In this document: positions 62,918 to 64,000 of the stretch, in pieces
Numbering within the stretch: position 1 is the stretch's first letter
Layout of the letters: each line of letters begins with the position of its first letter
Source of the DNA: Ginglymostoma cirratum
Lineage: Eukaryota
Length of the DNA stretch: 64,000 nucleotides
Direction of reading: 5' to 3'
Assembly: GCA_024137785.1 (NCBI GenBank)
Contig: JAHRHZ010000267.1
Location: 18,993,664 to 19,057,663 of the forward strand
Made by a program: the position numbers and the translations under genes
The notes under the pieces: model-generated
Seen by the model: only the letters and a program-made list of their open reading frames with translations
Databases searched by the model: none
What the model was told of the DNA's origin: nothing

Positions 62918-63520
62918 GGGGAAACGAAGTGTAGACTTGGCGACTGCTTTGCAGAACATCTATGTTCTGCTCGCAAAAAAGACCCTGAACTACCTGTTGC
63001 CTGCGACTTTAATGCACCGCCCTGCTCCCTGGCCAACATCTCTGTCTCTGGCTTGCTGCAGTGTTCCAGTGAAGCCCAACGCAAGCTGGAGGAACAACAC
63101 CTCATTTTCCACTTGGGGACCCTATAGCCCTCTGGACTCAATATTGAGTTCAATAATTTTAGGGCCTAAACTCTCCCATGTCCTAGCCCCCTACCCCACA
63201 TCCGAGGCCTTGTTACCACATAGCCTGCCATTACACACCCCCTGTTGTTAGTCACTAACAGTCCCCATTAACAACTATTCACCCTCCCAGCCTGATCGTT
63301 AGCAACTCCTTTGTCTGTCCAACTGTCTTTCACTCTCTTTGGGCCCTATCCTATTGTTTACTCCCTACCTCACCCACCTCCCTATTTTCTGCATATAAAT
63401 TGACGTTTTCCCAGCTATCATCAGTTCTGAGGAAGGGTCACCGGACCCAAAATGTTAACTCTGTTTTTTCCTTCACAGATGCTACCAGACCTGCTGAGCT
63501 TTTCCAGCAACTTTGTTTTT
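62918..63520 (+). mobile_element. Penelope-like element 3' end (family B): GIY-YIG endonuclease relic, 3'UTR and hammerhead motif at 63423-63460
   Basis: 62918-63169 translates GETKCRLGDCFAEHLCSARKKDPELPVACDFN...QRKLEEQHLIFHLGTL*PSGLNIEFNNFRA*, a frame not listed in the ORF track. Motif: agtt-CTGAGGA-A-GGGTC-ACCG-GACCC-(A)AAA-TGTT-aact. Confidence 0.85.
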
Positions 63521-63745
63521 GTACCTAAAATGCACTGCCTGGGGAAGCTGGTAGAAGCAGATATAATAGCAGCATTTAAGAGGCATTTAGACAGATATGT
63601 GAGCAGGCAGGCAATAGAGGGATATGGAGTATGTGCAGGCAGTTGGGAATAATATAGAATGGCAACATGGCTAGTGCAGACATGGTGGGCCAAAAGGCCT
63701 GTCCTGTGCAGTTATAGTTCAATATGTGTATAGTTCAACGTCCTA
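63521..63745 (+). mobile_element. CR1 3' fragment, inverted copy of 57022-57230
   Basis: ctggtagaagcagatataatagcagcatttaagaggcatttagacagatatgtg...ggcctgtcctgtgcagt. Confidence 0.85.
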
Positions 63746-64000
63746 TATTAGCCCAGATGTTGATGAATCTGTGACTGCAATATATCAGAAGCTCTAATAA
63801 AGGTCAACCACTGTTGCCTTGAACACCTTCAGTTCCTTCTCATTCTGTTTTTTCCCTTCCAGTCCATCTTTTTCGCTTTATCTGGAACTCTCTGTTACCA
63901 AGTTGGCCTTCACAAATTGAACCCATCTCACCACCACCTTGATTTCTTAAGGCTAACCTTTTTGATTGTGGTTCTGCTTGATTTTAGCTCTTTTTTTTTC

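Overview
Vertebrate genomic DNA, almost certainly from an elasmobranch (shark or ray), judged by two HE1-type V-SINEs and abundant HER1/CR1-type LINE tails. The only host gene is on the minus strand at the left end: the large first coding exon (ATG 3428 to splice donor 414, 1005 codons) of a delta-1 protocadherin with 7 cadherin repeats, best matching PCDH11, with a CpG-rich 5'/promoter region at about 2.3-4.6 kb. The remaining ~59 kb is upstream gene desert filled with decayed transposons: CR1, L2, Rex/Babar, Gypsy, PIF/Harbinger, hAT, DeuSINE and tRNA-derived SINEs. The most striking signal is a set of Penelope-like element (PLE) ends, identified by GIY-YIG endonuclease C-termini. Each carries a minimal hammerhead ribozyme motif (CTGANGA-A-stem II-GAAA-CGTC) with covarying stem II. 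They occur as a 352-nt tandem dimer (20.5-21.4 kb), as an inverted pair inserted with a 15-bp target-site duplication (25.5-25.9 kb), and as solo copies. All calls were made by eye without database searches, so repeat boundaries are approximate and family names come from recalled consensus motifs.
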